IMG/VR virus record: IMGVR_UViG_3300022602_000058
Coordinates: 1-64,000 of that record
Reading direction: 5' to 3' (one strand)
Source of the DNA: a virus
Length of the DNA stretch: 64,000 nucleotides
The position numbers were made by a program, and so were the translations under genes. Below the pieces are notes generated by a model. That model saw only the letters and a list, made by a program, of their open reading frames with translations, had not been told where the DNA came from and did no database searches. This document shows, one piece after another, positions 24,694 to 33,632 of the stretch (positions within the stretch are counted from its first letter, which is position 1; the number at the start of each line of letters is the position of its first letter).

Positions 24694-25566
24694 TTACTTA
24701 AGACCAGCTACGTAAGCACCAACCTTTGAAGTCTTTGAGTTAACAACATTTGACTTACCAGTTACTGGTGTTGGATGACCCTTCTTAGCATTGACAAGAG
24801 CGTGACCTTCGTCTTCGCCTTCTGCGTCGATACCATCTTTGATCTTGCCATCGCCACCCTTACCATCAACGAGCTTTGATGTCTCGTCACCAACTACATT
24901 AGCCTTACCGCCAACCTTTGTAACCTTGGCGACTGAACATGGAAGCTCTTTAAGCTCTGTAGCTTCTGGAAGTGTATTTTCTTCATCTTCAGCATCTTCT
25001 TCACCTTCGTCTTCACCTTCGTCTTCAGCGTGTTGCTCTTCATCAGAGCCAAGTACTGCCATAAGAGCATCGTGAAGCTTACCAGCAAGTTCTTTACTGA
25101 GTGTGATTGTTACCTCATCATCACCGTGTACCTCTGTACCAGGAAGGTCAAGAGCATGTGCATCATGAAGATCTGTGTCTTCAGGTGAGTTAATGTTATC
25201 GGACATTACGTCCTCATATAAGCGATCAAAAATAGATTTGTTCATAAAATTATTTATAGTCTCTACTTCCTTTTTTTCAGGAGACTCAGAAAATTTCTCT
25301 ACACCAGTAAAAGTTGGCTTGCCCTTGGCATCCTTTTTCTCGAGCGGTTTTGCAAGAGATTTTTCGTTTTCATTGCTCAAAGGCCCGCGCTTATCATAAG
25401 CTTTTGTCTTAAGCCCCTTTGGTAATACAACATCAGATGTCTTCTTACCAGCTACAGCGAAAGTGTCTTTGGTGATACCTTTAAGGTTGTTCTTCTTAGC
25501 TGCCTCAGTAAGTACTGTTGAAGCATAGAATTCACCCATTTCAACGAGATTGCGTGCTTTATTCAT
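24694..25566 (-). CDS. Late-expressed acidic protein, possible head core/scaffold-like, with an internal second start at 25245
   Basis: TAAATA upstream, long Asp/Glu tract, dedicated terminator. Confidence 0.6.
   Translation of the reverse strand: MNKARNLVEMGEFYASTVLTEAAKKNNLKGITKDTFAVAGKKTSDVVLPKGLKTKAYDKRGPLSNENEKSLAKPLEKKDAKGKPTFTGVEKFSESPEKKEVETINNFMNKSIFDRLYEDVMSDNINSPEDTDLHDAHALDLPGTEVHGDDEVTITLSKELAGKLHDALMAVLGSDEEQHAEDEGEDEGEEDAEDEENTLPEATELKELPCSVAKVTKVGGKANVVGDETSKLVDGKGGDGKIKDGIDAEGEDEGHALVNAKKGHPTPVTGKSNVVNSKTSKVGAYVAGLK
25251..25258 (-). promoter_or_regulatory. Internal late promoter preceding in-frame Met108
   Basis: TATAAATA-atttt-ATG (25245) on the minus strand. Confidence 0.6.
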
Positions 25567-25589
25567 ATTTGCTTAATTATTTATGCTAA

Positions 25590-27311
25590 ATGGCTACTAA
25601 AAAAGAAAAACAACAATTTTATCTCGGTAATGAAAACTTACCAACACCGGACGCCTTATTTGATTATAGCTCAAACCCAGAGTGGGTTAAGGATATTGAA
25701 AAATGTAAAAAGAATATTTTATATTTTGCTGAAAATTTCTTCTACATTACCAATCTTGATGAGGGTAAAATAAAGATTAAACTACACTTATTTCAAAAGC
25801 GTATTCTCCGCTCTTTACGTGATAATCGATTTGTTATCATGTTGTCATCACGTCAGAGCGGTAAAACAACATTATTTACTATCTACGCGTTATGGATGGT
25901 ATGCTTCCAAACTGACCAGCGTGTTCTTATTGTTGCTAACAAAGAATTAACAGCTATTAATATTTTCAAGCGTGTTAGAATGGCTTATGAAAAGTTACCA
26001 AATTATCTAAAACCTGGTATCTTAGAATATGGTAAAACATCTATGGCTCTAGCTAATGGATCGAGTATTGGTATTAGCACAACGAGTAGTGATGCCGGTC
26101 GTGGTGATTCAGTAAACGTTGTACTATTAGATGAGTTAGCATTTATTGATAATCATTTAGTTGAAGAGTTCTGGGCATCAGTTTATCCAATTATTTCATC
26201 ATCTAAGAAATCTAAAATTTTCGTGGCAAGTACCCCGAATGGAACCGGTAATTTATTCCATGAGTTGTATGAAGGCGCTACAGAGGAAGACCCTGAAAAG
26301 CACAATGGATGGAAAGCTGAACGCGTTGATTGGTGGGAAGTACCTGGTAGAGACGAAAAATGGAAGATCAAGACGATTCGTGAGATGGGGAGTAGGGAGA
26401 AGTTTGATCAAGAATTCGGTAATACATTCCTACAATCAGGTGAGAGTGCTATTGATGAAGCGTTCTTTGATCGTTTAAAAACGGAGTGCACAGATCCATC
26501 CTTTGTATTTGATGATGGTCATTATCTGCTATGGAGAGAACCTAACAAAGAAAGATTATATGTTGTGGGTGTTGATGTTGCTGAAGGCGTCGGTGATGCA
26601 GCTTCAGTCATACAAGTTATGGATATCACTGATTTACGTAATATAGAACAAGTGGCAATATATCATAATAACAACATAAGTCCATACAATTTTACAACAA
26701 AATTACATGAAATCCTTCAGCATTGGGGCAACCCGCCTGCGTTAATTGAAAGAAATAATTGCGGTGCACAGGTTGTTGATCAGTTAAAAAATAATATTAG
26801 ATATGAGAATATTGTAAGTTACGCATCAAAAGCAGGTGAAAAGACGTTTAATAATCCTGGTGTTGTAGCACATACCAATACAAAGTATAAAGGTGTGACT
26901 AATATGCGTTATTGGCTCAATGAGTTAAACACTGTACGTTTAAAAGATATAAGAACAGTAATGGAATTAAAGAATTTTGTACGATATCCAAATGGTACAT
27001 GGGCGGCAAAACCAGGGAGCGGTAATCAAGATGACAGAGTTATGAGTTTAATCTGGTCATTAATGATACTTGAAAACGAAATTACCGAAAAATATTATGA
27101 AATTGTAGAATTAGATGATAATAAGCGACCGCTGAAACTCAAATCTCTTGATTACGGTATTAAATATTTTATAAATCCTACATCAATGTATAACAACGAA
27201 AACAATAAAGAAGAAGGTACTCCTATGCCTATTCTTTTTGATCTCGGTGACTCACCTGAAAAGACAGGCATTAATGAAATGGAGGATGATGGTTGGAAAT
27301 TATTAAACTAA
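25590..27311 (+). CDS. gp17: Terminase large subunit
   Basis: SRQSGKTT Walker A, LLDELAF Walker B, ASTPNG, FDQEF, GVDVAEG and DDRVMSL nuclease motifs. Confidence 0.95.
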   Translation: MATKKEKQQFYLGNENLPTPDALFDYSSNPEWVKDIEKCKKNILYFAENFFYITNLDEGKIKIKLHLFQKRILRSLRDNRFVIMLSSRQSGKTTLFTIYALWMVCFQTDQRVLIVANKELTAINIFKRVRMAYEKLPNYLKPGILEYGKTSMALANGSSIGISTTSSDAGRGDSVNVVLLDELAFIDNHLVEEFWASVYPIISSSKKSKIFVASTPNGTGNLFHELYEGATEEDPEKHNGWKAERVDWWEVPGRDEKWKIKTIREMGSREKFDQEFGNTFLQSGESAIDEAFFDRLKTECTDPSFVFDDGHYLLWREPNKERLYVVGVDVAEGVGDAASVIQVMDITDLRNIEQVAIYHNNNISPYNFTTKLHEILQHWGNPPALIERNNCGAQVVDQLKNNIRYENIVSYASKAGEKTFNNPGVVAHTNTKYKGVTNMRYWLNELNTVRLKDIRTVMELKNFVRYPNGTWAAKPGSGNQDDRVMSLIWSLMILENEITEKYYEIVELDDNKRPLKLKSLDYGIKYFINPTSMYNNENNKEEGTPMPILFDLGDSPEKTGINEMEDDGWKLLN

Positions 27312-27315
27312 TATT

Positions 27316-27939
27316 ATGTCAAATGCTGTAACATATACCCAGAGCCCCTTTAATAAAACAAGAAAAGATAAATTTCTTATGGTATTGAACATACCAACAC
27401 CATTAAAGGCAATTGCTTCAAAATTTACACGTAATGGTATTAATATTCTCCCCGATACACTTCAATTTTCGGTATTTGGTACTATTGTACCGGAGATTAA
27501 TGTACCGGCGATAGAGAATCGATATGCCGGTCAAACACAATATGTAACATCGCATTCACGTACACCATATCCACCTGTAACTGTTAACTTTACTGTTGAT
27601 AACCGCTTTAATAACTATTGGGTTATATATTCATGGTTAAATTTCTTAAACGATGCTAGTACTAATACATTTGATAATATGGATTTAACTGTGCCGACCA
27701 GTACGATAGCAAATCCTCACTCAAAAGGTGCATATAACCAGTATAAAACAGCAGTTTCAATTTTTGGTCTTGATGAATATAATAAAAGAGTAATAGAATT
27801 TAAATACACTGAGGCTTTTCCAACAAATCTTGGTAATATTTCTTACTCTTACAGAGATGCAGATGAGTTGGAATCTAATTTTACGTTAAATTACGATCAA
27901 CTTCTTATTACCCCTGTATCAGAAATAGAAAGTCTATAA
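27316..27939 (+). CDS. Tail tube-fold protein (gp3-like tail terminator/completion)
   Basis: VNFTVDNRFNNYWVIYSWL and FKYTEAFPTNLGNISYS patterns of gp3/gp19-fold proteins. Confidence 0.6.
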   Translation: MSNAVTYTQSPFNKTRKDKFLMVLNIPTPLKAIASKFTRNGINILPDTLQFSVFGTIVPEINVPAIENRYAGQTQYVTSHSRTPYPPVTVNFTVDNRFNNYWVIYSWLNFLNDASTNTFDNMDLTVPTSTIANPHSKGAYNQYKTAVSIFGLDEYNKRVIEFKYTEAFPTNLGNISYSYRDADELESNFTLNYDQLLITPVSEIESL

Positions 27940-27968
27940 AAAGCTAAAAAAATATTTCTCAAACACCA

Positions 27969-27974
27969 TAAATA
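27969..27974 (+). promoter_or_regulatory. Late promoter for the tail sheath gene
   Basis: TAAATA 6 nt before ATG 27981. Confidence 0.65.
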
Positions 27975-27980
27975 CTTTAT

Positions 27981-30362
27981 ATGGCAAGAACAATACAAAG
28001 TCCCGGCGTACAAATTAGCGAAGTCGATCTCTCACTTAATGCAAGTCTTGTAGCACCAACAAATATTTTAATTCCTGGATTTGCCCCTAAGGGTCCTTCA
28101 TCAGATCCTATACAAGTCAGTACACTTTCAGAGTTCGAACAGATTTTCGGTACCCCAACTAATGCAGCTGAGCGTTATTTCTATCAGACAACAAAGGCTG
28201 TTTTTCAATCACCCGCTAATGTCTCAGTTTACCGTCTTCCATACGGTGCAGGCGCCGGTTTAGGTTATAGTAGTCAGTATAGCGCTCTTGTTTATCCTGT
28301 AATTGCTGCTTCACTGTCAGCTAACGGTACTGGTATTGTAACATTAACATCAACAAATCTTAATTACCCAGCTTCAGCTTCCAATATTAGCTATTTTTTC
28401 GGTGCACCTACGCACATTAGTCTAACAGAATCCGATTACCTCAATATCCAGCGTGGTAATGCATTCAACTGGTCAACATCTGCAGCCGATGCAAATGGTA
28501 ACCCTGTGACATCATTCACCCCAACAAATACAGCTACAGGAATTGCAAATGCTAACCTTGGTTCTGCTGGTCTTATCGTTCTTAACAAATCACAAGCTTC
28601 AATCAATAGCCGTTTTGAAGGTACATACATTGGTATTGTTGATAATACAGCACTAAACCGTGCATCACAATACGACGATTTCAGCGGTGTTGCTTCTGTT
28701 AATGTAAATGGCTATATCACACCTAATAACTTCGTTCAAGTACCAACACAGCGCTTGACATTCCCACTTTCTGCCACTGCAACCGGTGCAAGTAATAGTG
28801 TTTCACAGGTTGTTGAAGGTATTTCAACTTTTGATATCTCAAGCAACGCGTTTAACGATACAATTAACCTCGGTGTATTCAAACTTCGTCAGTCTGTCTT
28901 CTCACCTGATACAATTCAACTCGATTACGTTCTACAGGAAGGCTATAACGCCTCATTTGACTATTACCGTCAGATTAACAATCAAAACGGTGGACCTGCT
29001 ATTAGTTATTATCTTGATTCTGTCGATAGTAACTCAAATAACATTGTAACCATTGTTAACCCATATATTTCCAACAAGAATACATCAACATGGTTGAGTC
29101 TTAGCGGTACGCCAAACAAGAGTGTACGTTTCTTAAATACAGCACGTGCTGTACCATATACTTTTGACACAGTAACATCTGCTGTTGATACATTTGCAAC
29201 AAGAACCGGTGTTACATCCGCAGCATATAACGCCCTTATCAACACTTACGGTAGCACAAATCAACTCGTAGCACTTGGTGACTACACAGTTGAGAATGTT
29301 GCAACTAAGGTAATCGGCGATGTACCGACGAAGGTCAATACAATGCTTGGAACTATTGCAAACCCTGACTTATATCCGCTTTCAATCGTTTGCGAAGCCG
29401 GTCTCGGTACAGTATACGCTAATACATTCAATCCTTTAACATCCGGTTATTTTGATGATAGTGTTCCGTATAGCAATTCTGACTTTACAGCTCTTACAGC
29501 TCAAGATGGTACAGGTTCAAGTGCTGTAGTAGCACAGTACTATCAAGCCGTTGTTCAGCAATTCGTATCCTTCGCTTCACAACAGCGTAAAGATCACATC
29601 TTCATTGCCGATCCATTGACTAATATCTTTGTACAGAATAACGTTAAGACACTCACTGATCCTAACAATAACTTCTCATCAAACATCTTCTGGCCACTAT
29701 ACAACTTAATGGCGCCAATTAACAATAGTTATACAGTATCTTATGCAAATTGCGTACAAGTAGCTGACCAAGCTTCAAGTAGAAATGTTTGGGTACCGTT
29801 CTCAGGCTTTGCTGCAGCAGCAATGGCTAGAACAGATTCAAATTACCAGCCATGGTTCGCACCAGCTGGCTTTACAAGAGGTGCTGTAGCCGGTGTAACA
29901 GATATTGCAATATATCCAAACCAAAAGCAGCGTGATCAGCTCTATAACATCTCGCTTAACCCAGTCGCATTCTTCCCAAATGAAGGATTCGTAATCTACG
30001 GGCAAAAGACAATGTCAAAGGTACCTAGTGCGTTCGATCGTATTAATGTACGTAGATTGTTCTTAACTCTTGAAAACCAGACAAACGCAGTTGCAAGAAA
30101 TTACGTTTTCGAACCAAATACACTCTTCACAAGAACACAAGTTCTCAACGTCTTAACACCAATCTTCGATAATGCAAAGAATACAAGCGGTGTTTATGAC
30201 TATTTGATTATTTGTGATGAAAGAAACAATACACCAGCGGTTATTGATGATAATTCACTCGTGATTGACATCTACTTGAAGCCAGTAAGAACAGCTGAGT
30301 TCATCTTAGTCAACTTCTACGCAACAAGAACAAGTCAAAACTTCGCTGAGATTGTTGCTTAA
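27981..30362 (+). CDS. gp18: Tail sheath protein
   Basis: SPGVQISEVDLS, PWFAPAGFTRG, FDRINVRRLFL, FEPNT, CDERNNT, IYLKPVRTAEFI. Confidence 0.95.
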   Translation: MARTIQSPGVQISEVDLSLNASLVAPTNILIPGFAPKGPSSDPIQVSTLSEFEQIFGTPTNAAERYFYQTTKAVFQSPANVSVYRLPYGAGAGLGYSSQYSALVYPVIAASLSANGTGIVTLTSTNLNYPASASNISYFFGAPTHISLTESDYLNIQRGNAFNWSTSAADANGNPVTSFTPTNTATGIANANLGSAGLIVLNKSQASINSRFEGTYIGIVDNTALNRASQYDDFSGVASVNVNGYITPNNFVQVPTQRLTFPLSATATGASNSVSQVVEGISTFDISSNAFNDTINLGVFKLRQSVFSPDTIQLDYVLQEGYNASFDYYRQINNQNGGPAISYYLDSVDSNSNNIVTIVNPYISNKNTSTWLSLSGTPNKSVRFLNTARAVPYTFDTVTSAVDTFATRTGVTSAAYNALINTYGSTNQLVALGDYTVENVATKVIGDVPTKVNTMLGTIANPDLYPLSIVCEAGLGTVYANTFNPLTSGYFDDSVPYSNSDFTALTAQDGTGSSAVVAQYYQAVVQQFVSFASQQRKDHIFIADPLTNIFVQNNVKTLTDPNNNFSSNIFWPLYNLMAPINNSYTVSYANCVQVADQASSRNVWVPFSGFAAAAMARTDSNYQPWFAPAGFTRGAVAGVTDIAIYPNQKQRDQLYNISLNPVAFFPNEGFVIYGQKTMSKVPSAFDRINVRRLFLTLENQTNAVARNYVFEPNTLFTRTQVLNVLTPIFDNAKNTSGVYDYLIICDERNNTPAVIDDNSLVIDIYLKPVRTAEFILVNFYATRTSQNFAEIVA

Positions 30363-30394
30363 TTGAGATATAAACAACTAAATAATTACATAAT

Positions 30395-30961
30395 ATGGCC
30401 GATACAAACCAACTAATTAGTACATTCTACAGTGAAGCTGCAAATCGCGATTTCGCGCGTGATTTTAGTTTCAGAGTATTATCAATATCAACAGGCGGTG
30501 CTACAGACGCTGCTAATCAAGTTATTAACTTCGGTGATACTGATCTTGTATATGTTAAGACAGCAACATTACCTGAAAGAGCTATAACAAACGTACCTGT
30601 ACCATATATGGGTCTTAACTTCAATCTTCCTGGTAATGCAACTTACCCAGGTTCTGAAGCCTATAGTTTAACTTTCTACGCTGATGCTAACTCACAAATT
30701 AGACAGAAGTTTGAAGATTGGTCACGCTATACGTTTGACGACGCAAACAGTACAGGTGATTACCTAACACCAGATCAGACATCTGTTATCAATCTTGCAC
30801 AGCTCGACAGCAAATTAAATCGTATTGCAACATACAATCTAGTTGGTGTATCACCACGTAGTGTTGGTGCTCTATCGTATAATATTGCTGCTGGTACAGG
30901 TCAGACCATTGAGTTTACAGCTACAATGGCATACCATTATTTCACTCGTACATCACCCTAA
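30395..30961 (+). CDS. gp19: Tail tube protein
   Basis: Follows the sheath gene; TATLPER, VPYMG..LPG, IRQKFEDW, IEFTATMAYHYF. Confidence 0.85.
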   Translation: MADTNQLISTFYSEAANRDFARDFSFRVLSISTGGATDAANQVINFGDTDLVYVKTATLPERAITNVPVPYMGLNFNLPGNATYPGSEAYSLTFYADANSQIRQKFEDWSRYTFDDANSTGDYLTPDQTSVINLAQLDSKLNRIATYNLVGVSPRSVGALSYNIAAGTGQTIEFTATMAYHYFTRTSP

Positions 30962-30990
30962 AGAAGTAGCTACCTAAGCTAAATAATTAG

Positions 30991-31887
30991 GTGAATGATC
31001 CGTTTAGTAGTGCACTCGATAGCTTAGGGCAGAATATTGCCGGTATTGGCTCGGGGTCTAACCCTCTTTTTGCCCCTCAAGCTGCTCAACTCTTTGGACT
31101 AAATCTTCCTGCTGTACCGATAATCAGTACACGGGATTATTTCCTGACTCAGATGGAGTCATGGTTTACAGCCATACCTATGGCAACTCAATGGATTATT
31201 CTTATTGATAGCTATCCACCTGGCTTGACGACATCTATTATTCAAGGATTAGAACGTACTGATGGTTCGAAGCAAGGCTTTGATATAGATAGTGCTAAGA
31301 ATATTTTAACTTCATTCCCTTTAAACAAAGTCATTGGTTGTTTGTTTGCAAATAATATTACAATACCGAATGAAGCTTGGAATGTAGAAAGTGCCTCTGT
31401 AGATAATAATAGAGGTTTTATTCCAGGTGTTTTAGGTGGTGGTAGAAACCATGAAGCACCAGTTTTAGATATAGGTTTTAGAGAAACAAATACATCGTTT
31501 ATTGATTTCGTTATACGCCCTTGGGTAATTCTTGCAGCTCACTTTGGTCTTGTGGCTAGAGACCCAAACGATACAGCCCAAGCACTAAAGAACATGAAAG
31601 TTAATATGCACGTCATGCAATATACGCGCTCAAGGGCTGGTGTGTCAATGATACCTCGTAAGATTTGGAATTTCTATAATTGTGTACCGTTCACAGTTAA
31701 CGAAGAAACTTTAGAGTATACAGAAGAGAAGATGACAGTGTTTAATACTCGCTGGACGTACTCCAACTACACAGTATCAAATAATCTCTACTTACCAATT
31801 GTAGATATCATTCATAACTTTGCACAAAACGGTGCACCGCAAATCGGTAATCCTAGTATCTTCAAGGGGTATGGCCTACCTGTCTAG
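30991..31887 (+). CDS. Tube-fold baseplate/tail-tube junction protein (gp54-like)
   Basis: Tube-like motifs (FRETN, FYNCVP, TRWTYSNY); late promoter 5 nt upstream. Confidence 0.5.
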   Translation: MNDPFSSALDSLGQNIAGIGSGSNPLFAPQAAQLFGLNLPAVPIISTRDYFLTQMESWFTAIPMATQWIILIDSYPPGLTTSIIQGLERTDGSKQGFDIDSAKNILTSFPLNKVIGCLFANNITIPNEAWNVESASVDNNRGFIPGVLGGGRNHEAPVLDIGFRETNTSFIDFVIRPWVILAAHFGLVARDPNDTAQALKNMKVNMHVMQYTRSRAGVSMIPRKIWNFYNCVPFTVNEETLEYTEEKMTVFNTRWTYSNYTVSNNLYLPIVDIIHNFAQNGAPQIGNPSIFKGYGLPV

Positions 31888-31924
31888 CATTGAGTTTCTC
31901 GGTCACATGTCTTAAGTAATCCTT

Positions 31925-32818
31925 GTGAGACAATTTGTATATACAGTCTACCTACCTGGACAGAAAAAGACAGTACAAATAAAGGAATTACAGTTTAATA
32001 GATACAAACATCTAGTCAAAATTATTACAAATAACAATGATGAAATTGTTGCAAATTTCTTCGATGAACTTTTAATTGATCTCTGTCCAGAAGAAAAAAA
32101 TATACGCTCGTTTTCTTTTCTTGATAAACTTATAATACTTCTAACTATTCGTATAGTATGTATATCACCTCAATTAGAACTAATTGTTAACTGCCCAGTA
32201 ACACAAAAACAATTTAATACAACCGCTAAGCTTTCAGATATTATTGACAAATTACAAAATTTAAATCTTGCTGATGATGTATACTTAACGACTAAAGAAT
32301 ATAACACCGGTGATTTAAAGATTGACCTAGGTATGCCTTCAACGCTTAATATTAAGGAAAGAGATCTTACAATTATAAACACCGTTGTTAAGAAAATCTC
32401 TCTTAGCAATAATAGCACAGATAATATAACAGAGCAACTTATTGATAGATTGCCTGCATTTATATTGAGTGATATTACAAGTTATATTAGTTACTTTAAT
32501 GAAAGCTTGCAGAATATAAATCTGATTAACATTCAATCACCCTTTGCTACAGCTGATACGAATATTAGCATACCATTAAATTTATTTTCTAATTCAATAA
32601 TAGAATTTCTTAAGATAATTTTTAAACGCGGTCTATTATCTATCTATGAACTTGAATACTTTCTAATCAATAAACTTAATATTGATTACGATCTCATCAA
32701 AACATCAACACCCGCTGAATTAAACGTATATATAAACTTCTTTAAGGAAGAAAAAGAAAAGGAAGAAAAAGCTGAACGTAAGAAGAGCTTGAATTTACCA
32801 AATACTGGACCTATATAA
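31925..32818 (+). CDS. Baseplate hub assembly protein (gp26-like, possibly with gp51-like C-terminus)
   Basis: YTVYLPG, DKLIILLTIRIVCIS..CP, C-terminal TPAELNVYI. Confidence 0.5.
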   Translation: MRQFVYTVYLPGQKKTVQIKELQFNRYKHLVKIITNNNDEIVANFFDELLIDLCPEEKNIRSFSFLDKLIILLTIRIVCISPQLELIVNCPVTQKQFNTTAKLSDIIDKLQNLNLADDVYLTTKEYNTGDLKIDLGMPSTLNIKERDLTIINTVVKKISLSNNSTDNITEQLIDRLPAFILSDITSYISYFNESLQNINLINIQSPFATADTNISIPLNLFSNSIIEFLKIIFKRGLLSIYELEYFLINKLNIDYDLIKTSTPAELNVYINFFKEEKEKEEKAERKKSLNLPNTGPI

Positions 32819-32822
32819 TAAC

Positions 32823-33587
32823 ATGAGTAGTAATGTAAGCGATATTCTTAAGCAATTAGATACCTTAAATCAATCAACAGGTATTGATGTTTTTATACCA
32901 TCTTTAGCTAAAAAAGTTAAGTTTAAAAACTTAAACCTTAAACAACAAAAAGATTTACTCAAAGCGTCTGTTGACGAAACACTCACTAAACTTTCCTTTA
33001 TTGTTAATTTTTATAGCATCATTCAAGAGAACCTTATTGATACAACTATTGATATTAACAAGCTCTATACATTTGATCGACCTGCTATAGCACTTGCCCT
33101 TCGCGTAAGTGGTTTAGACAGTAACTATACATCTGAAGATAACGTATACGACCTAAACGAGCTGCTTAACACAATCCCTACAATTGATACGTCTAAGCAA
33201 GAGTTAAACGCTATAATTGATATACAAAACTTGACAGTAGAACTAGAAGTACCGCATCTTAATACAGATAGGGATGTCAGCCTAGCTACAATTAACAAAT
33301 TAAAAGGTATTCAGGATAAAGATATTAAGACACTTGTTGGTGAGCTCTTTATTCATGAAATTACTAAATTTGTTAAAACTGTTACATTTAAAACAGAAAC
33401 CGAAGATCAGGCAGTAGCGTTCTCAGGTCTTAAGATTGAAGATAAAATCGCTATTATTGAAAAATTTCCCTCCAACCTTACAAGCAAGGTATTGGAGTTT
33501 ATTAAAAATTATAGAGATTTTGAAGCTAAATTTACAACAATCGATACAGTGAATATCGAGATTGATGGTAGCTTCTTTAGCGTATAA
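32823..33587 (+). CDS. Baseplate hub assembly protein (gp26-like)
   Basis: IPSLAKKVKFKNLNLKQQKDLL, FDRPAIALALR, terminal IDGSFF. Confidence 0.55.
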   Translation: MSSNVSDILKQLDTLNQSTGIDVFIPSLAKKVKFKNLNLKQQKDLLKASVDETLTKLSFIVNFYSIIQENLIDTTIDINKLYTFDRPAIALALRVSGLDSNYTSEDNVYDLNELLNTIPTIDTSKQELNAIIDIQNLTVELEVPHLNTDRDVSLATINKLKGIQDKDIKTLVGELFIHEITKFVKTVTFKTETEDQAVAFSGLKIEDKIAIIEKFPSNLTSKVLEFIKNYRDFEAKFTTIDTVNIEIDGSFFSV

Positions 33588-33632
33588 TTGAATCATACTT
33601 ATATCTAGATTGTTTAGTGATAAATAATATAG

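Noticed and set aside
14598-27311. Inteins in gp41 helicase or gp17 terminase, both common insertion targets
   Set aside because: Motifs are contiguous and protein lengths are normal.
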